Part shown: positions 60,428-64,000 of the stretch, piece by piece
Position numbering within the stretch: position 1 is the stretch's first letter
Layout: each line of letters opens with the position of its first letter
DNA from: an uncultured cyanobacterium
Lineage (GTDB): Bacteria > Cyanobacteriota > Cyanobacteriia > Cyanobacteriales > Nostocaceae
Assembly (NCBI GenBank): GCA_963740315.1
Contig: CAVUDP010000002.1
Location: forward strand, 2,912,001 to 2,976,000
Length of the DNA stretch: 64,000 nt
Direction: 5' to 3'
Position numbers and translations under genes: made by a program
Notes under the pieces: generated by a model
Told to the model about the DNA's origin: nothing
What the model saw: only the letters and a program-made list of their open reading frames with translations
Databases searched by the model: none

Positions 60428-62106
60428 ATGACCACTGTAATTCCTTCTTCGACAGTTAGCCAGATGCAAATAGGGCAAAGGACTATTCGACCGTTTGCTG
60501 TTGCCGCTTTATACGGCATCGCATTTATTAAAGATACATTAATTGCTATTGACCCAAGACTTGGGCATCTGCTGCAAATCGATCCAACTAACGACAATAC
60601 AAAAATTATTAATTCCCATCAAACGCGGGAATTTTTGGATGTCACGGGTTTGGCAATGTGGTCCGATACCTTGTGGGTAACGAGAGGCAATAGCGTTTAT
60701 TTCTGCAAGCTAAATTCGTTAGCGCTAGAGCATTTTGCAACTTTACCTTATCCCGCCAACGGTATTGCTGTTTGGGATTCCACCGTTTACGTCAGTTGCG
60801 AAAAACTCGGTAAAATTATTATTTTTAACCGCAATACGCGCGCGGAAATTGCGAGATTTTATGCTCCTGGTGTGGGAATAGAAAACTTAGCACTCACCGA
60901 AGAAAACCTTCTAGTTTGCGATACCGTAGAACAATCAGTTTACTTCCTCGATCGCGCCACGGGGGAAATTCAATTTAGCGTATTAACTCCTTTTGATTCT
61001 CCTACGGGTATAGCAGTACATACCGATTCTTTAACTAACAATCAAACCCTTTATATTGCTTACTCATCCGAAGAACCTTACATTCGAGACAACCCCAACG
61101 CCGAACCAAACCACGAACTAACCTATCGCGATCGCGCTTTTATTCATCCCCTGCATTACCATTACGATCGGGAAAAACGCATTGCGCTTTCTAACGGTTA
61201 TTTAGTGGAAATGTCCTATGTAGAGCAAATTGACCCTTTAGAAGAAGTATATTTACAAAATTTAGAATGGCGCATCGCTTTACCTTCGGAAACCGAACGT
61301 CAAAAAGTAAAGCATATTGAAGCAATTGGTTTACCTTTTATTGAAGAAATAATCGACGGACAAAGGGTAGCCGTATTTAAATTTGATACCTCGCTCCTGG
61401 AGAACGTCACCTATTAGGTTGGAAAGCTATTTTAGAAGTACGCTCTATAAAATATCGTCTTACCCCGCGAGACGTAGAAAACGCTTCTTTATTACCGAAA
61501 GAATTTACAAATCGTTATTTAGTAGATGATGACGACTTAGCAATGCATACCGCTACTGTCCGCAATGCAGCGATTGAAGCAGTAGGCAGCGAAACCAACA
61601 TATTGCGAAAAATGTACAATATTCGCAACTATGTTTACGATCAACTATCTTACGGCATCAAACCCCATATTGATACGCCGGATATCGTTTTAGAACGCGG
61701 CATTGGTTCTTGTGGAGAATACGTAGGAGTATTGCTAGGGCTGTGTCGTTTAAACGGTATCGCTTGCCGTACCGTAGGACGTTATAAATGCCCTCCCTAT
61801 GCAGAAAAAAAAGGTGTACCCTTACAGCCAGACTACAATCATGTGTGGCTAGAATTTTACATCCCCGGCTTCGGTTGGCTACCAATGGAATCTAATCCCG
61901 ACGACGTTGGACGTGATGGACCTCATCCCACCCGTTTTTTCATGGGCTTAAGCTGGTTTCATATCGAAATTGGTAAAGGTATTTCCTTTGAAACCCTTTA
62001 TTCTGAAGGTAAACGCATCGAAAAAGAAAATGTTTCTATTGGTGAATTAGCAATAAATCACATTCGGTTCATCATCCTCGAAGAATTACCGCCATTTTCA
62101 GCTTAA
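60428..62106 (+). pseudogene. Transglutaminase-like protein with N-terminal beta-propeller-like region; 1-nt frameshift at about 61390
   Basis: ORF 60191-61417 continues in the -1 frame (LAPGERHLLGWKAILEV...) into ORF 61543-62106, which has GSCGEY and NHVW. Confidence 0.85.
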
Positions 62107-62533
62107 ATCACAGAATTTTAAGGGTATCTGGGGATATGGGGAATACAGTTTTCCAACTCCCCATTCCCTTATCCCCTTGATTACATAAATCAACTTTATA
62201 AAGATATTTGGAAATTTTTTTTGGTTGTATAAAAATAAGTTGAAACTTTTTGATAATTCAGTATTATTGCTCACGTTGATTTAGCTATTTAAGGGAAATA
62301 ATGCGAAGAGAGAATATTTTTTACAAGTGTTTAATTAGAGTTTTCGGGTGTAGTGTAAAAACTTAACATCAATGATAAGTCTTAGATGTTATGTAAAAAT
62401 AAAAAAAAAGTGGTAATTATAATTTATATATATACAATTACCTTGAATATTCTTAAATAATCAGCGCATATTATTTTTAAATATCAAAACGCTTGCTGAT
62501 ATTGCTGAATGTATAAAAAACGGTAATAAAAAC

Positions 62534-63817
62534 GTGATCTCTGTAAACCCTAATCTCTACAAATACGATTCTTCCCAACAACAGATATATAAACATCTGT
62601 TTGATTTGGTGCAGTTAGAATCTGCTAACAAGACAATTGAACGCTTTCGAGTTTTATTTATCGATGGTACAAATTATCCTCAGAAAGAAATCTTGTCGGC
62701 ATTAGACGAAATTACAGCATCAAACAAAGCTGAAAAAGAATTTCATTTATTTCTAAACCGCTGCTGTCATATTTTAATTAATCGTTGGTATATGCAACCT
62801 CAAACGCATCATGCCATATATCAATTAATTACTATCTTTAATAAACCTCCTTCAAAAAAAAGAACAATTACTTCGCGGAATAAATCAATTAGACGCTTGC
62901 ACGAATTACTAAAAGGTTTTGTTAAAAGCGAACAATATTCAACATTACAGCGTCTTGCCCAAGTTATAAATCGAACCACCCATTCTGAATCTAAAAATGG
63001 CGATCGCTCTTTAATTACTTTAATTCCCCGCTATTCTTATTTACACCAACATTGCTTGCTCAATGAAGACGCGACTATTGAACAACAGTGGATTGTCAAG
63101 CAAATTCAGGCGCAGGTGCAAAAAAAATTTGAAATTGATTTATCTCAATATGTCACCTATCAAGTAAGAGTTGCTCAGGTAGCTGCCAACAATAGCTCCT
63201 TATCAGGAACAAATCGGATTATACACCCCGTAAATAATCCGACATTGTTAAGCGACGATCGGGTAAATCAGGCTTTGAAAAGCTTCATGGGAAAAGTTGA
63301 AGGTGAAAATAGCTATAAAGATTTAGCAAATAATTTTTTACATTACAGCAGTCAAGCGACTTGTTTCCGTGCTTTTAAAGATGATTTATACGAATATCTC
63401 ATATCTGGAATTGATTGGGAATATGGAAAACATCAATTTCACCAGCGATTGTATACTCAACTGCAAAATACTTTACCGCGAGCAGATTTTGAGAAAGTTA
63501 GCGATTTTTTGATAGTGAGAACTTGCACTCAACTACTTAACTTTTTGGTAGTTGAAAGTTCATCATCACCCCAGCATTTTACCTTTATTGATTTAATTAC
63601 CAATCAAGGCTCAATTCGTCTAATTGGGCTATTATTAAAAATTGTTTTGATTTGTCGTAAAGTAAAGCCTTATCTAACCAAGCGCTTTGCAATTTTGTTC
63701 AATCATTATGAATCAAAAAATCATCGCAATATTAATTGGTTTGTAGAAACACTAGAAGAATTGAATATTGCCTTAAGCATTCATTTCGGCAACATTGACT
63801 TATCTTATTTTAAATAA
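62534..63817 (+). CDS. Conserved cyanobacterial hypothetical protein
   Basis: 427 aa; IERFR.LFI, LNRCCHILINRW, FKDDLYEYL, RFAILFNHYE. Confidence 0.8.
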   Translation: MISVNPNLYKYDSSQQQIYKHLFDLVQLESANKTIERFRVLFIDGTNYPQKEILSALDEITASNKAEKEFHLFLNRCCHILINRWYMQPQTHHAIYQLITIFNKPPSKKRTITSRNKSIRRLHELLKGFVKSEQYSTLQRLAQVINRTTHSESKNGDRSLITLIPRYSYLHQHCLLNEDATIEQQWIVKQIQAQVQKKFEIDLSQYVTYQVRVAQVAANNSSLSGTNRIIHPVNNPTLLSDDRVNQALKSFMGKVEGENSYKDLANNFLHYSSQATCFRAFKDDLYEYLISGIDWEYGKHQFHQRLYTQLQNTLPRADFEKVSDFLIVRTCTQLLNFLVVESSSSPQHFTFIDLITNQGSIRLIGLLLKIVLICRKVKPYLTKRFAILFNHYESKNHRNINWFVETLEELNIALSIHFGNIDLSYFK

Positions 63818-63834
63818 GTTGGTAATTGGAACTA

Positions 63835-63909
63835 GTAGGTTGGGTTAGGCACGAAAAGCAAATTTCACTTGTAACAATAATCTATAAATATCGTGTCGTA
63901 ACCCAACAT
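63835..63909. repeat. REP-like inverted-repeat element (inverted relative of 37162-37237)
   Basis: GTAGGTTGGGTTAGGCACGA...TCGTGTCGTAACCCAACAT. Confidence 0.8.
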
Positions 63910-64000
63910 CATTGGGATAAACAATATTATATAAAGTTGAAATATAGAAGATTTTAGAATATCTACAATTTATGTTGGGTTAGGTTGCAATACTAACTTT

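Overview
AT-rich chromosomal window from a filamentous, Nostocales-type cyanobacterium. This is inferred from abundant HIP1 GCGATCGC sites, heptamer/octamer STRR arrays and the fbp-tal-zwf-opcA operon. Most genes are housekeeping or metabolic: infC, cobB, the oxidative pentose phosphate operon, cysE, hrcA, recF, a P-type ATPase, a NikMQO-type ECF transporter, and an iron cluster (multicopper oxidase, lipoprotein, ferritin-like protein, FTR1). Main highlights: (1) the B12-dependent ribonucleotide reductase gene nrdJ, split in two by the ORF track, is one gene carrying a 407-aa LAGLIDADG intein and a 250-nt ORF-less group I intron inserted in the NPCG|EI active-site motif; (2) a four-helix-bundle (IVS/Avd-like) gene sits inside a pair of mutually inverted heptamer arrays, and the same paired-array architecture recurs without a gene at other operon junctions; (3) a frameshifted tnpB element truncates a TPR gene at the left edge; (4) there are many small nested, amplified or dispersed repeats; (5) a transglutaminase gene has a 1-nt frameshift. 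No rRNA, tRNA or CRISPR array was found. All calls come from reading the sequence; no searches were run.
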